Source of the DNA: an uncultured bacterium
GTDB lineage: Bacteria; Fermentibacterota; Fermentibacteria; Fermentibacterales; JCC-6
Reading direction: 5' to 3'
NCBI GenBank assembly: GCA_964541235.1
Contig: CAZIPI010000002.1
Coordinates: forward strand, 66,965-130,964
Length of the DNA stretch: 64,000 nucleotides
Below the pieces are notes generated by a model. The model was not told the origin of the DNA and ran no database searches. It saw nothing but the letters and a program-made list of their open reading frames with translations. Made by a program: the position numbers and the translations under genes. This document shows, one piece after another, positions 9,497-19,012 of the stretch (its first letter is position 1; every line of letters starts with the position of its first letter).

Positions 9497-9899
9497 TGCC
9501 GTCTCCCTTCATCTCGTTGTTCTCCCGGGCTTCGCCTCTGCGGAAAAGCCCCCGCTTCCTGCGCCTGGGCTTTGCGGCCTCCCTGCGGGCGTTCTCCCGG
9601 GCGTTCTCCTCCTCTATGGCAACTGCAAGCTTCTCAATGTTCTCACGGTCATCCATCAGCCGCATGAACCGGTAGTAGTCGTCGGAAGATACCACAAGAG
9701 ACACCACCGGGTTCAGGAAGACCATGGCCTGGCTTCCCAGGAAGGAGAGCGGCTTCACCATCTCCAGCAGCATGATGGCGGGGACGGTCATCTCCCGCTC
9801 CACGACCTTCCTGGCTATCCTCCCCAGGAGATCCTCCACCGCCTGGGGGGTGTCGGACTCAAAGTCCTCGGGGTTCAGTCCTGGTCCGAATAAACTCAA
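9459..9899 (-). CDS. hypothetical protein (charged C-terminus)
   Basis: 146-aa ORF co-directional with and overlapping the neighbouring genes. No recognisable domain. Confidence 0.35.
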   Translation of the reverse strand: MSLFGPGLNPEDFESDTPQAVEDLLGRIARKVVEREMTVPAIMLLEMVKPLSFLGSQAMVFLNPVVSLVVSSDDYYRFMRLMDDRENIEKLAVAIEEENARENARREAAKPRRRKRGLFRRGEARENNEMKGDGSGREGDQEHPGD

Positions 9900-10215
9900 G
9901 TACTTCCTTTCGATTCCCGGAGAACTGCAGTGAAAGCCCCCTGAACTTGGCGAGCCTGGTGGGCGTCGGGAAAGGGCTCAGAAGGACCCCGTGCCCGTCG
10001 GGGATCACGCTCTTCACCTGCTTCCAGGTCCTGCTTTCCACCCCGAAGAGCGTTCTCTTCCGGGCTCCCAGGTGGTCGAGGGTGTAAGCAGCAGGCAGGA
10101 ACCAGCCCCACATTGCGAGGAAAAGCAGGGCACAGCCAACGATGCCCCACCAGATGTTCTCCATGCACACCGCCGCCGCCATGGAGGAGGTTACGATTAT
10201 GGCCACAAGTGCCAC
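9859..10215 (-). CDS. hypothetical small membrane protein
   Basis: Two hydrophobic segments (IVTSSMAAAV...IVGCALLFLAMWGWFL) followed by a soluble tail. Lies directly downstream of gcvPB. Confidence 0.4.
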   Translation of the reverse strand: MALVAIIVTSSMAAAVCMENIWWGIVGCALLFLAMWGWFLPAAYTLDHLGARKRTLFGVESRTWKQVKSVIPDGHGVLLSPFPTPTRLAKFRGLSLQFSGNRKEVLEFIRTRTEPRGL

Positions 10216-10295
10216 CGTGCTCCATGGTCTTTCCCTGGCGGGGTGGGAGGTCCAGGCAAGGACCTCCCCCCCGTTCCCGGCACCGGGGCCGCCGG

Positions 10296-11744
10296 TCAGG
10301 CTTCCTCCCGGGGTTCCACCACCACCAGGTCCCTGGCGGCCTTTACCTCGTCCAATCTCAGCACCGGAGTGTTCACCGGGGCGTCGGTGAGCAGATGGGG
10401 CTTCTCGGCGGCCTCGCGGGCTATTGCCAGAAGCGCATCCGCGAACTCGTCTATGCCCTCCATGGTCTCGGTCTCGGTGGGCTCCATCATCAGTGCTTCC
10501 TTGACTATCAGGGGGAAGTACACTGTGGGAGCGTGAAAACCATAGTCAAGGAGCCGTTTGGCGATGTCCAGGGTTTTCAGCCCAAGGCCGGCCATCTCAG
10601 GCCCCCCTGCCACGAACTCGTGCATGCAGGGACCGTTGTCGAACGGCACGGGATATGTGCCCCTGAGCCTTGCCTTCAGGTAGTTGGCGTTGATCACCGC
10701 GCCTTCGGTGACTTCCCTTAGCCCGCTTGCCCCAAGGGACCTTATGTAGGCGTAGGCCCTGTAGAGAACGCCCACGTTGCCGTGAAAGGCCATGAGCCTG
10801 CCGAAGGACCCCTCCCCGGGACACTCCATGGCGTAGCCGCGGTCGGTCCGCTTCACCACCGGACCGGGAAGGAAGGGAACCAGCCTGTCGGAACAGCAGA
10901 CGGGTCCCGAGCCCGGTCCGCCGCCTCCGTGGGGTGTGCTGAAGGTCTTGTGCAGGTTCAGGTGGCACACATCGAACCCCATGTCGCCGGGCCGTGCAAC
11001 GCCCAGCATGGCGTTCATGTTGGCGCCGTCCATGTAGTTCAGACCGCCGGCCCCGTGCACCGCCTCGGTTATCCTCAATATGTCGGCCTCGAAAAGGCCC
11101 AGCGTGTTGGGGTTGGTGAGCATGAGCGCCGCCGTGTCAGGACCCACCTTCGCCATCACGTCCTCAACGTCAACCATGCCGTGGTCGTTGGACTTCACGG
11201 GAACCACCTTCATGCCGGCCATGGTGCTGGTGGCGGGGTTGGTGCCGTGGGCGCTGTCCGGCATCAGGACCTTGTCCCTCCCGGGCTCACCGGCGGCCAT
11301 ATGGGCGCTCCTGATGAGCATCAGGCCGGTGAACTCGCCCTGGGCCCCGGCAGCGGGCTGCATCGTCACTCCGCTGAACCCTGTGATCTCGCAGAGGCAG
11401 ACCCCGAGTGAGTGGATCAGCTCAAGAGTGCCCTGGACCGTGTTGTCCGGCGAGAGGGGGTGGACCATTGAAAGCCCGGGCATCCTGGCCAGCGACTCGT
11501 GAAGCCTGGGATTGTACTTCATGGTGCACGAACCCAGCGGGTAGATGCCCTTCTCGATGTTGTAGTTCAATGTGGAGAGCCTTACGAAATGCCTCATCGC
11601 CTGGCCCTCGGTGACCTGTGGAAGACCGATCCCTCCGGTCCTTTCCAGTTCGCCGGGAACGGGTGTGGAAGGAACATCGCGCCGGGGCAGGGACACCCCG
11701 GTCCTGCCCGGGCAGCTCATGCTGAAAATTGTCCTTTCCATCAT
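10296..11744 (-). CDS. gcvPB: glycine dehydrogenase (decarboxylating) subunit 2, GcvPB
   Basis: Strong family match (GSCTMKYNPR, PLP-fold regions). Start MMERTIF overlaps the gcvPA stop (ATGATGG/TGA). Confidence 0.9.
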   Translation of the reverse strand: MMERTIFSMSCPGRTGVSLPRRDVPSTPVPGELERTGGIGLPQVTEGQAMRHFVRLSTLNYNIEKGIYPLGSCTMKYNPRLHESLARMPGLSMVHPLSPDNTVQGTLELIHSLGVCLCEITGFSGVTMQPAAGAQGEFTGLMLIRSAHMAAGEPGRDKVLMPDSAHGTNPATSTMAGMKVVPVKSNDHGMVDVEDVMAKVGPDTAALMLTNPNTLGLFEADILRITEAVHGAGGLNYMDGANMNAMLGVARPGDMGFDVCHLNLHKTFSTPHGGGGPGSGPVCCSDRLVPFLPGPVVKRTDRGYAMECPGEGSFGRLMAFHGNVGVLYRAYAYIRSLGASGLREVTEGAVINANYLKARLRGTYPVPFDNGPCMHEFVAGGPEMAGLGLKTLDIAKRLLDYGFHAPTVYFPLIVKEALMMEPTETETMEGIDEFADALLAIAREAAEKPHLLTDAPVNTPVLRLDEVKAARDLVVVEPREEA

Positions 11745-13084
11745 CGGACCTCCCTGCATGCCCGGGAGACCGCGGATATGAACGAATCCATCTCCCGGCG
11801 GGTGCGCTTCTCGGTCACGGCGAACAGCATCACGCCGCTGCCAAGGCCGGGAAGGGGAAGTCCCGGAAGGAAACCGGCGGAAAGCAGTTCCCTCTCCGCC
11901 GCCAAAGCGTCAATGGGAAGCCTGAGGGCGAACTCGCGGAAGAACGGCGCGTCGAACACCCGCTCGGCCCCGATGCCCAGAAGCCCGTCATGGAGGTAGT
12001 GGGCCTTGTCCCAGCACTGCGCTGCTATCTCCCTGAAGCCGGATTCGCCGGTGAGGGAGAGGTAAACGGCGTTGGCCAGCGCCATGAGGGCCTGATTGGT
12101 GCAGATGTTGCTGGTGGCCTTCTCCCTGCGGATGTGCTGCTCGCGGGTCTGAAGGGTCATGACGTAGCCGGTGTTCCCGGCCCTGTCCTCGGTGCGCCCG
12201 ATGATCCTTCCCGGCATCTTTCTCAGGTGCCCGATGGACGTTGCCAGGAAACCGGCGTAGGGTCCGCCGTAACCCATGGGTATCCCCAGGGGCTGGCCGT
12301 CGCCGACCACTATGTCGGCGCCCAGGGCTCCGGGAGCCTTTAGAACCCCCAGGCTCACGGGATCGGCAACAACCACCAGAAGGGCTCCCCCCGCACGGGC
12401 AATGGCGGCTGCTCCGGCGATGTCCTCGATGAGACCGAAGTAGTTGGGGCTCTGAAGGACTATGGCGGCGGCACCCTGGCCGACCAGGACCGCCGCGGCT
12501 TCCTTGTCGAACCTTCCGTCCGGGCCGTACGGGAGCTGGTGAACCGAGAACCCCCCGGGGCTCAGGTAGGTGTCGATCACCTGCCTGTAAGAGGGATTCA
12601 GGCTTCCCGCCACAAGCACCCTCTCGCTGCCGGTGATCCTCATGGCCATCAGGGCTGCCTCGGCTGTGGCGCTTGCCCCGTCGTACATCCCGGCGTTGGC
12701 GGCCTCGGTGCCGCACAGCCTGGCGATCATTGTCTGATACTCGAAGATCGCCTGCAGGGTGCCCTGGCTGACTTCGGCCTGGTATGGCGTGTAGGCGGTG
12801 AAGAACTCGCTTCTCGTGAGGATGCTGTCAACAGCCGCAGGAATGAAGTGGTCGTACGACCCGGCCCCGCGGAAACAGACAAGGCCCGGGGCCGAGTTGG
12901 CCGAGGCCAGCCTTTCGTACTCGCGGACCAGCTCCATCTCGGACATGGCGGGGGGAAGGTCGAGAGGCCCCTTCATCCGGACCCTGGCGGGAACCGTAGC
13001 GAAAAGGTCATCCACGGTCTTCACGCCTATCTCCGCAAGCATCCTCTTGCGAAGGGTCTCGCAGTTGGGAACGAACCTGTTCAT
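11741..13084 (-). CDS. gcvPA: glycine dehydrogenase (decarboxylating) subunit 1, GcvPA
   Basis: 447 aa, typical GcvPA N-terminus MNRFVPN...TLRKRMLAEIG. Adjacent to gcvH and gcvPB. Confidence 0.9.
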   Translation of the reverse strand: MNRFVPNCETLRKRMLAEIGVKTVDDLFATVPARVRMKGPLDLPPAMSEMELVREYERLASANSAPGLVCFRGAGSYDHFIPAAVDSILTRSEFFTAYTPYQAEVSQGTLQAIFEYQTMIARLCGTEAANAGMYDGASATAEAALMAMRITGSERVLVAGSLNPSYRQVIDTYLSPGGFSVHQLPYGPDGRFDKEAAAVLVGQGAAAIVLQSPNYFGLIEDIAGAAAIARAGGALLVVVADPVSLGVLKAPGALGADIVVGDGQPLGIPMGYGGPYAGFLATSIGHLRKMPGRIIGRTEDRAGNTGYVMTLQTREQHIRREKATSNICTNQALMALANAVYLSLTGESGFREIAAQCWDKAHYLHDGLLGIGAERVFDAPFFREFALRLPIDALAAERELLSAGFLPGLPLPGLGSGVMLFAVTEKRTRREMDSFISAVSRACREVR

Positions 13085-13093
13085 CTAACGTTT

Positions 13094-13477
13094 CTACTGG
13101 CCCGCAAGGGCGCGGTACTGTTCCGGTGACATGAGTTCATTGAACTGCTCGGGCTTGTCGGCCTGTATCTCCACCAGCCACCCGGCGCCGTAGGGGTCTT
13201 CGTTCACAAGGGAGGGATTGCCGTCGAGTTCCTCGTTGACCCCCGTAACCTTGCCGTCCAGCGGGGCGTAGAAGTCCTCGGCGGTCTTCACGGCCTCGAG
13301 GGCGCCCATGGCCTGCCCCCTCACCGCCTGCGACCCCTTGCCGGGAAGTTCTACCATGACTATCTCGCCCATCTCGTGCTGGGCATGGTCGGTGATCCCC
13401 ATCACGAACCTGTCGCCGTCCTTCCGGACCCACTCGTGGCTCTCGGTGTACCTCAGGCCTTCCTGGATTCTGCTCAT
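13094..13477 (-). CDS. gcvH: glycine cleavage system H protein
   Basis: 127 aa, lipoyl-lysine motif ALEAVKTAED, and the HEW motif near the N-terminus. Confidence 0.9.
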   Translation of the reverse strand: MSRIQEGLRYTESHEWVRKDGDRFVMGITDHAQHEMGEIVMVELPGKGSQAVRGQAMGALEAVKTAEDFYAPLDGKVTGVNEELDGNPSLVNEDPYGAGWLVEIQADKPEQFNELMSPEQYRALAGQ

Positions 13478-13501
13478 TTCTTCATCTCCCGAGTGATTTC
13501 G

Positions 13502-14608
13502 TCAGCTCCTGCGGCTGCCGTTACTGTAAAAAGGGATTCCAACAACCTTCACAGGTATCCTTCTGCCCCTGACCTCGGCCTCCATCTCTGTGCCGTTCCT
13601 GCGCAGGCCGTACTCCACAAGGCCCAGGCACACCCCGGCGTTCAGGGCCGGAGCGATGGAGCCGCTGGTCACAATGCCCACCTGCCTTTCCCCCTGGTAT
13701 AGCGGGGTTCCGTGCCTGGGGAAACCTTTCCCGGTTACGGTGAGCCCCACAAGGTTCCGGGCGGGCTTCTCGTCACGCTGCCTCTCGAGCATCTCGCGCC
13801 CGATGAACTCCTTGTCGGTCTTGAGCTTTACCACCCATCCAAGTTTGGCCTCGATGGGGGTGACACTGTGGTCAATGTCGTTCCCGTAAAGGGGATAGCC
13901 AACCTCGAGCCTCAGGGTGTCCCTGGCGCCAAGACCCACGGGGACCACCCCGAACTCCTTTCCTGCCTCCATGGCCCTGTCCCAGACCGTTTCGGCATGC
14001 CGGGCGTTCACGTAGATCTCGAAGCCGTCCTCGCCGGTGTACCCCGTTCTGGCAACCAGGGCCGGCACTCCGGCGAAGGTGCCGGTGAAATGCTGGTAGT
14101 AGCCCACCTGCTCCAGGTCTCCCCCGGTGAGCTTCGCCGCCACCTGCTGGGCCCTGGGTCCCTGAATGGCAACAAGGGCCGTTTCATCGCTCTCATCGGT
14201 GACCTTCACATCGAAACCTGCCCTGTGGCTCTCCACCCAGGCCCAGTCCTTCTCGAGGTTCGCCGCGTTGACCACCATGAGATACTCGTGTGCCGCTATC
14301 CTGTAAACGATAAGGTCGTCAACAATGCCGCCGTCCGGATAGCACATGGTGCTGTAGTAGGCCCTGCCGGGAGCCACATCGGCGTCGTTGGTGAGAAGGT
14401 GGTCAAGAAAGGCGGTTGCCCCCTGACCCGTCACCCTGAACTCACCCATGTGGCTCAGGTCGAAGATACCCACGGACTGCCTCACCGCCATGTGTTCGCT
14501 GGTGACGCCTTCGTAGCGGATGGGCATCAGGTACCCGGCGAAGGGCTGGATATCGGCGCCCAGGGCCTTGTGCTTTTCGTAAAGGGGAGTCTTCTTCTCC
14601 ATGGGCAT
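13502..14608 (-). CDS. gcvT: aminomethyltransferase, glycine cleavage T protein
   Basis: GcvT family (PLYEKHKALGA, GIFDLSHMGEF). The ORF-track start at 14674 is probably too far upstream; the MPMEKK start at ~14608 is more likely. Confidence 0.9.
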   Translation of the reverse strand: MPMEKKTPLYEKHKALGADIQPFAGYLMPIRYEGVTSEHMAVRQSVGIFDLSHMGEFRVTGQGATAFLDHLLTNDADVAPGRAYYSTMCYPDGGIVDDLIVYRIAAHEYLMVVNAANLEKDWAWVESHRAGFDVKVTDESDETALVAIQGPRAQQVAAKLTGGDLEQVGYYQHFTGTFAGVPALVARTGYTGEDGFEIYVNARHAETVWDRAMEAGKEFGVVPVGLGARDTLRLEVGYPLYGNDIDHSVTPIEAKLGWVVKLKTDKEFIGREMLERQRDEKPARNLVGLTVTGKGFPRHGTPLYQGERQVGIVTSGSIAPALNAGVCLGLVEYGLRRNGTEMEAEVRGRRIPVKVVGIPFYSNGSRRS

Positions 14609-15300
14609 ACCCTTCTGTTCCAGAGGACGGGATGGAGCCGTCCATCCCTGAAGAAAAGAAAAAAGTACACGCAAATGTATTCAACAACAGAACGTTCCGC
14701 AACGGTTGACCGGGCTCGGAACCCCGGAATATCATTGCCGTCCATGGGGAAGGGAGGGGCTCTGGAGAGCGTTGCGGTCCCCCGGCGTGCCCTTTCGCGG
14801 ATCCGCCGGGAAACCGACGATGTTGACGCCGTCGGAAGGCTGGTGGCGGAGGCCTGGCTCAGAAGGTGGCTTCTCGCCGCAGGCGTACCGTGCTGGACCG
14901 CACCAGCTGTTCCAGGCAGGGGTCCCCGATACGGTCTCATTCTCGCTTCCGGCGCCAGGATCATGGTGGAGCCCGGGATAAGCCCGGGCACCTGGGACAG
15001 GACCGTTGAGTCATGCTGTTCGGTGGTTGCGGTGGTGGAGCCGGTGCCCGCCGAGGGCGAGGCGGTTTTTCATGGCTGGCTCACACTTCCCGGGCTTCAG
15101 GCGTACGGAACTGGCTGCGGTCTTAACCCTCCCTGCCGGCTGCCGGCCGCCCTGGGCGTTCCCCGGAGCTTCCATGCGGCGTATATTTACGGCTGCATCA
15201 GGCTGTTCATTGCCGGCGAACCGCCCCCCCCGAAGAAAGGGCTGGAAGGGGTTAGTCTGTACACGCGGCGCCGGCCCCTTTTCAACGGAAAGCGGGTCCA

Positions 15301-17361
15301 ATGAACGATCCGGCTCGGGCGGGAAGCGGTTTCATCGGCGAACTGCTCAGTTCAGGCGGCGAAGGGGTGGTGTTCTGCGACGGGCAGCACCGGATCGTGA
15401 CCGCCAACAAGAAGTTCCTCTCCATGTTCGGCTACACGGAACAGGAAGTGAAGGGCGCAAGGATCCACAGCCTCATTGTCCCTCCGCAGCTGGCCATGGA
15501 GGCGGCAGAGATATCCGACACCCTCTCCGGCGGGATCCCGGTGTCAATGGAAACTGTCAGGGCCAGGTCCGACGGCTCCCTGCTTCCCGTCTCTGTCATG
15601 GCATCCCGCCTCTCACCCGCGTGGCGGGGCTCGGTGTTCTACGCCATCTATCGCCAGCTGCCTGAACGGAACGGCAGAATGAGAAGAAAGGGCGAGGGAA
15701 CACGCGCCGGATACCTTACAGCGCTCTTCGACGACGCCCGGGAACCGGGTATGATGACCGATTCCAGCGGCACCGTAACGGCGGTCAACCACTCCTTCTG
15801 CAGGCAGTTCGGCTGGAAGCCCGACGAGATAGTGGGCAGGAGGGCGGCGGCGGTGCTGGTCCCCCCTGAACTGCACGGTACCGAGGGTGACCTGATGGCG
15901 ATGCTGGCCTCGGGAACCATCGTGGAGACCGAGACCACCCTCCTTGACGCCTACGGAACCCCGCGGGCCACAGGCATGGTCGCATCGCCCGTCTCTCTGC
16001 CGGACGGCTCCATAGGCTCTTTCCGCGCATACAGCCCCGGGGAGGTCCCATCCGGCGAGATACTGGCGGCAAAGGGAAAGAACCGCTTCCAGCAGCCTCC
16101 GTTCAGGCACCTGCCTGGGATCTTCTTCAGGGTGAGGAACGACGGTCCGAGGACGATAGAGTTCCTGAGCCGCTCTACGATCGAGGGGACCGACATCCCC
16201 CTGCCCGTGGAAAAAGGCCTTTCCTGCGCTGTTCACGCGGATGATCTCAACGACCTTCGCTCGGCGCTTCATGCCTCGGCGGCATCGGGACGGCCTTACC
16301 AGGCGACCTACCGCATGGTGGGGGCCTCAGGGGAGAAATGGGTGCTGGAGCAGGGCTGCCCAGACGAAGACCGGCTGGGTTTCGAGGGTTACATCGTTGA
16401 CATCACCGCGTCAAAGAGGGTCGAGGAAATGGTTGCCCGTGCCAGGAAACGCCTCGAGGACCTTCATGTGGTAGCGGGCCTTCTTCAGCGGAGCGCCACC
16501 GAATCCGAGATACACAGGATTTGCGCCGAAGCCGCCTGTTCCCTTCTTGACGCCGACTGCGGAATGGTCCTCACCCGTAGGGACGGCGAGTTCCATGTCT
16601 CCTTCCTTTCCCGCAGGCAAGGCGCGCCCTGCCAGGTTGACTGCTACGGCGAGCTGGCCGGAATGGTGCTGGAGACCGGCCAGCAGGTCTCCTTCAACAG
16701 CCGCGACAAACATCAGTCAGGGTGCGGATACGCCGGCAACGGAGTATGCAGGCCCCTGACCGGGAACTCGGTGTTCCTGGCCCTGTCCCGTCGCGCCGAT
16801 GCTTTCGCCGAAACCCTTGTGGGCATCACCGACCTGCTCCTGGGCTACGCCGAGCAGTCCCTGCGGCGCATCGCCCTGCAGCGGAAGCTTATAGACCAGG
16901 CCATACACGACCCGCTCACCGGGGTTTACAACAGGAACCACTTCAACAGGCTCGTTGAGCTGGAGGAGAGCAGGGCCAGGAATGACGGCACCACCATCGG
17001 CTTCATCATGGTGGACGTGGACAGCTTCAAGGCCATAAACGACACCAGGGGCCACCAGGTCGGCGACACTGTCCTGAGGGAAGTGGCGGCGGTCCTGCAG
17101 CGTGCGGTGCGAAGGACCGACGCGGTGATACGCTACGGAGGGGACGAGTTCCTCATCATCCTTTCCCGGGTGGATTCCATGACGGAAATGGTGGAGTCCA
17201 GGATAAGAACGATGCTGGCGAAAGAGGTCTTCCCGGGTTTCACGGTCACCGTCTCCATGGGCAGCTCGCAATGGAACGCAGGGTCCCCATCCACCATAGA
17301 CGAGGCGATCTCCCTGGCAGACCGCATGATGTACGCTGAAAAACGGCGCCGTACCCGCTGA
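15301..17361 (+). CDS. PAS/GAF sensor diguanylate cyclase (GGDEF)
   Basis: C-terminal GGDEF domain (RYGGDEFLIIL, IMVDVDSFKAINDTRGHQVGD). PAS-like repeats in the N-terminal half. Confidence 0.85.
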   Translation: MNDPARAGSGFIGELLSSGGEGVVFCDGQHRIVTANKKFLSMFGYTEQEVKGARIHSLIVPPQLAMEAAEISDTLSGGIPVSMETVRARSDGSLLPVSVMASRLSPAWRGSVFYAIYRQLPERNGRMRRKGEGTRAGYLTALFDDAREPGMMTDSSGTVTAVNHSFCRQFGWKPDEIVGRRAAAVLVPPELHGTEGDLMAMLASGTIVETETTLLDAYGTPRATGMVASPVSLPDGSIGSFRAYSPGEVPSGEILAAKGKNRFQQPPFRHLPGIFFRVRNDGPRTIEFLSRSTIEGTDIPLPVEKGLSCAVHADDLNDLRSALHASAASGRPYQATYRMVGASGEKWVLEQGCPDEDRLGFEGYIVDITASKRVEEMVARARKRLEDLHVVAGLLQRSATESEIHRICAEAACSLLDADCGMVLTRRDGEFHVSFLSRRQGAPCQVDCYGELAGMVLETGQQVSFNSRDKHQSGCGYAGNGVCRPLTGNSVFLALSRRADAFAETLVGITDLLLGYAEQSLRRIALQRKLIDQAIHDPLTGVYNRNHFNRLVELEESRARNDGTTIGFIMVDVDSFKAINDTRGHQVGDTVLREVAAVLQRAVRRTDAVIRYGGDEFLIILSRVDSMTEMVESRIRTMLAKEVFPGFTVTVSMGSSQWNAGSPSTIDEAISLADRMMYAEKRRRTR

Positions 17362-17367
17362 ACAGCC

Positions 17368-18945
17368 TCACTCGGGGGGAAGGACCGCCACAATGTCCTC
17401 GAAGTATGCCACGGTGCCCGGAATGGGAACGGCGGGGTCGTTGCTTCTACCGAGGTGAAGCGTTGTCACCGTTGCTCCTGCAGGAGGGGGAGATGTCCTG
17501 AGGGCTGTTATCCCCTGCATTCCCGTGGCGTAACCGTTCTTCTCCAGAGCATTGGAAAGCCCGGTCATCACAGGCCACACACCCGGCGTCCTGAGAACGA
17601 AGACAGTGACCCCCTGCGGCCTTTCCGAAAGCCAGTCCATGAGCTGCGCCGACATGGAGGCCACGGCCCTGTCGTTATGGTTCACCGGCTCCAGGAGAGG
17701 AGGAAGATAACCGAGTGTCGCCCTGGTGCTCACCGAGGCGGATACCAGAAGCAGAACCCCGGCGGCGGCTGCCGCAGCCTTCAAATGACCTTCTCGCCAC
17801 GACCTGAGATGAAGAGCGGAAAGAACAAGGGCGGTGATCGAAAGCGGCGAAAGCACCCGCATCCACTCGAAAAGATAGACGAGCCTCTCGCCCCGTATCT
17901 GAAGGCCTGAGTAGAACGAGGCAAAGTGAAGCACCAGAGCCACGAGGCAAAGGGAAGCGGAAAACCCCGCGTCGCCTCTCCTTCTCAGAGCCATGAAGCA
18001 GAAGGCCAGCAGGGTCATCCTCAAAGGCGGCAGTGCAGCCAGGAAGGCATTCAGCAGCCCCGCTCCATGCAGCACCCTTCTGAAGGGGGCCACCTCCATG
18101 GCTGTGACCATCCGGCTCCAGTCGCCGTAAACATCGGTGAAGCCGTGCTCGGGCCTGGTCTCGGCCATGAAGGCCGCTATCCTCGATATGTTGCCCTCAG
18201 GCCGCGAGAGCACCTCCTCGGCCAGTGGAGGGGCCCAAAGGACCAGTAGTACAGCGGAGGTGACCAGCAGGGAGCCGCTCCCCCGCCCTGCTCCTGCGGG
18301 CCGCCCTGAACCTGGTATGCCGGGGAACCAGCGCATGACCAGTGCCGCCACCCCTGTGACCACCATGGCCGGGATGGCGCCCATGTGGGTCTGGGCGGCG
18401 AACGTGAAGGCCAGCGCAGCCATGGTGCCGTACCCGGTGTACCCCGAGGCGATGGCCGCTGCGCAGACGAAGAACAGCACCATGGGAAGGGCTATGACCA
18501 TGGGATTCCACTCCGAGAGCCAGTACTCCGGGCCGGACAGGGCCAGGAACCCGGCGAAGACGCAGCAGAAAGCAACGGCCGCCCCACGGGGCCCGCAGCG
18601 GCTAACCGCTCGCTGCGCACAGAACAGGGAGGCTCCGCCAAGAAGGGAGGTCGTTATCAGAAAGCTGAGGGAGCGCATTCCGAAGATCATGTAAAGAGGA
18701 TATCTGAGAATGAAGTACATCGGGCCGGGATGGAAGAACACGAATCGCGAGTAGGGGCCCAGCATCACCCGGTGGGACAGGAGCCAGCGGGTGGAGGTCT
18801 CAAGAAGGGCCCCGTCACCGGATGAAGGGTAGTCGGGCACCCCGTGTGCCAGCACCACCACCGCCATGGCAAGGAACGGAAGCACCAGCAGGAGAGGGAA
18901 AAGCGCACCGGCAGGCTTCACAGGCGACTCTTGCGGTTTTCTCAC
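17368..18945 (-). CDS. polytopic integral membrane protein of unknown function
   Basis: At least 10 predicted TM segments, Gly/Ala/Leu rich. No catalytic motif identified. Confidence 0.5.
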   Translation of the reverse strand: MRKPQESPVKPAGALFPLLLVLPFLAMAVVVLAHGVPDYPSSGDGALLETSTRWLLSHRVMLGPYSRFVFFHPGPMYFILRYPLYMIFGMRSLSFLITTSLLGGASLFCAQRAVSRCGPRGAAVAFCCVFAGFLALSGPEYWLSEWNPMVIALPMVLFFVCAAAIASGYTGYGTMAALAFTFAAQTHMGAIPAMVVTGVAALVMRWFPGIPGSGRPAGAGRGSGSLLVTSAVLLVLWAPPLAEEVLSRPEGNISRIAAFMAETRPEHGFTDVYGDWSRMVTAMEVAPFRRVLHGAGLLNAFLAALPPLRMTLLAFCFMALRRRGDAGFSASLCLVALVLHFASFYSGLQIRGERLVYLFEWMRVLSPLSITALVLSALHLRSWREGHLKAAAAAAGVLLLVSASVSTRATLGYLPPLLEPVNHNDRAVASMSAQLMDWLSERPQGVTVFVLRTPGVWPVMTGLSNALEKNGYATGMQGITALRTSPPPAGATVTTLHLGRSNDPAVPIPGTVAYFEDIVAVLPPE

Positions 18946-19012
18946 GGAACACCCCCCATGGACTTGCAGGGATTATACCCCGGACCCGGGCCGGCGGGGA
19001 CCGGGAGCAGGC

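Noticed and set aside
14755-14990. Plus-strand CTCTGGAGAG motif and nearby GGAAGG/CAGGNAGG-like elements resembling the glycine riboswitch core, adjacent to the gcvT operon.
   Set aside because: gcvT is on the minus strand, so a riboswitch controlling it would have to be the reverse complement. The minus strand lacks GGAGAG, CCGAAGGRGCAA and CUCUCAGGCAAAAGGAC. On the plus strand the second and third conserved blocks are only weak matches. A single 10-mer match in GC-rich DNA is compatible with chance. An Rfam RF00504 scan on both strands would settle it.
13712-15304. 530-aa plus-strand ORF overlapping gcvT.
   Set aside because: It is antisense to a strongly supported gene. High GC suppresses stop codons on the opposite strand, and it has no recognisable domains.
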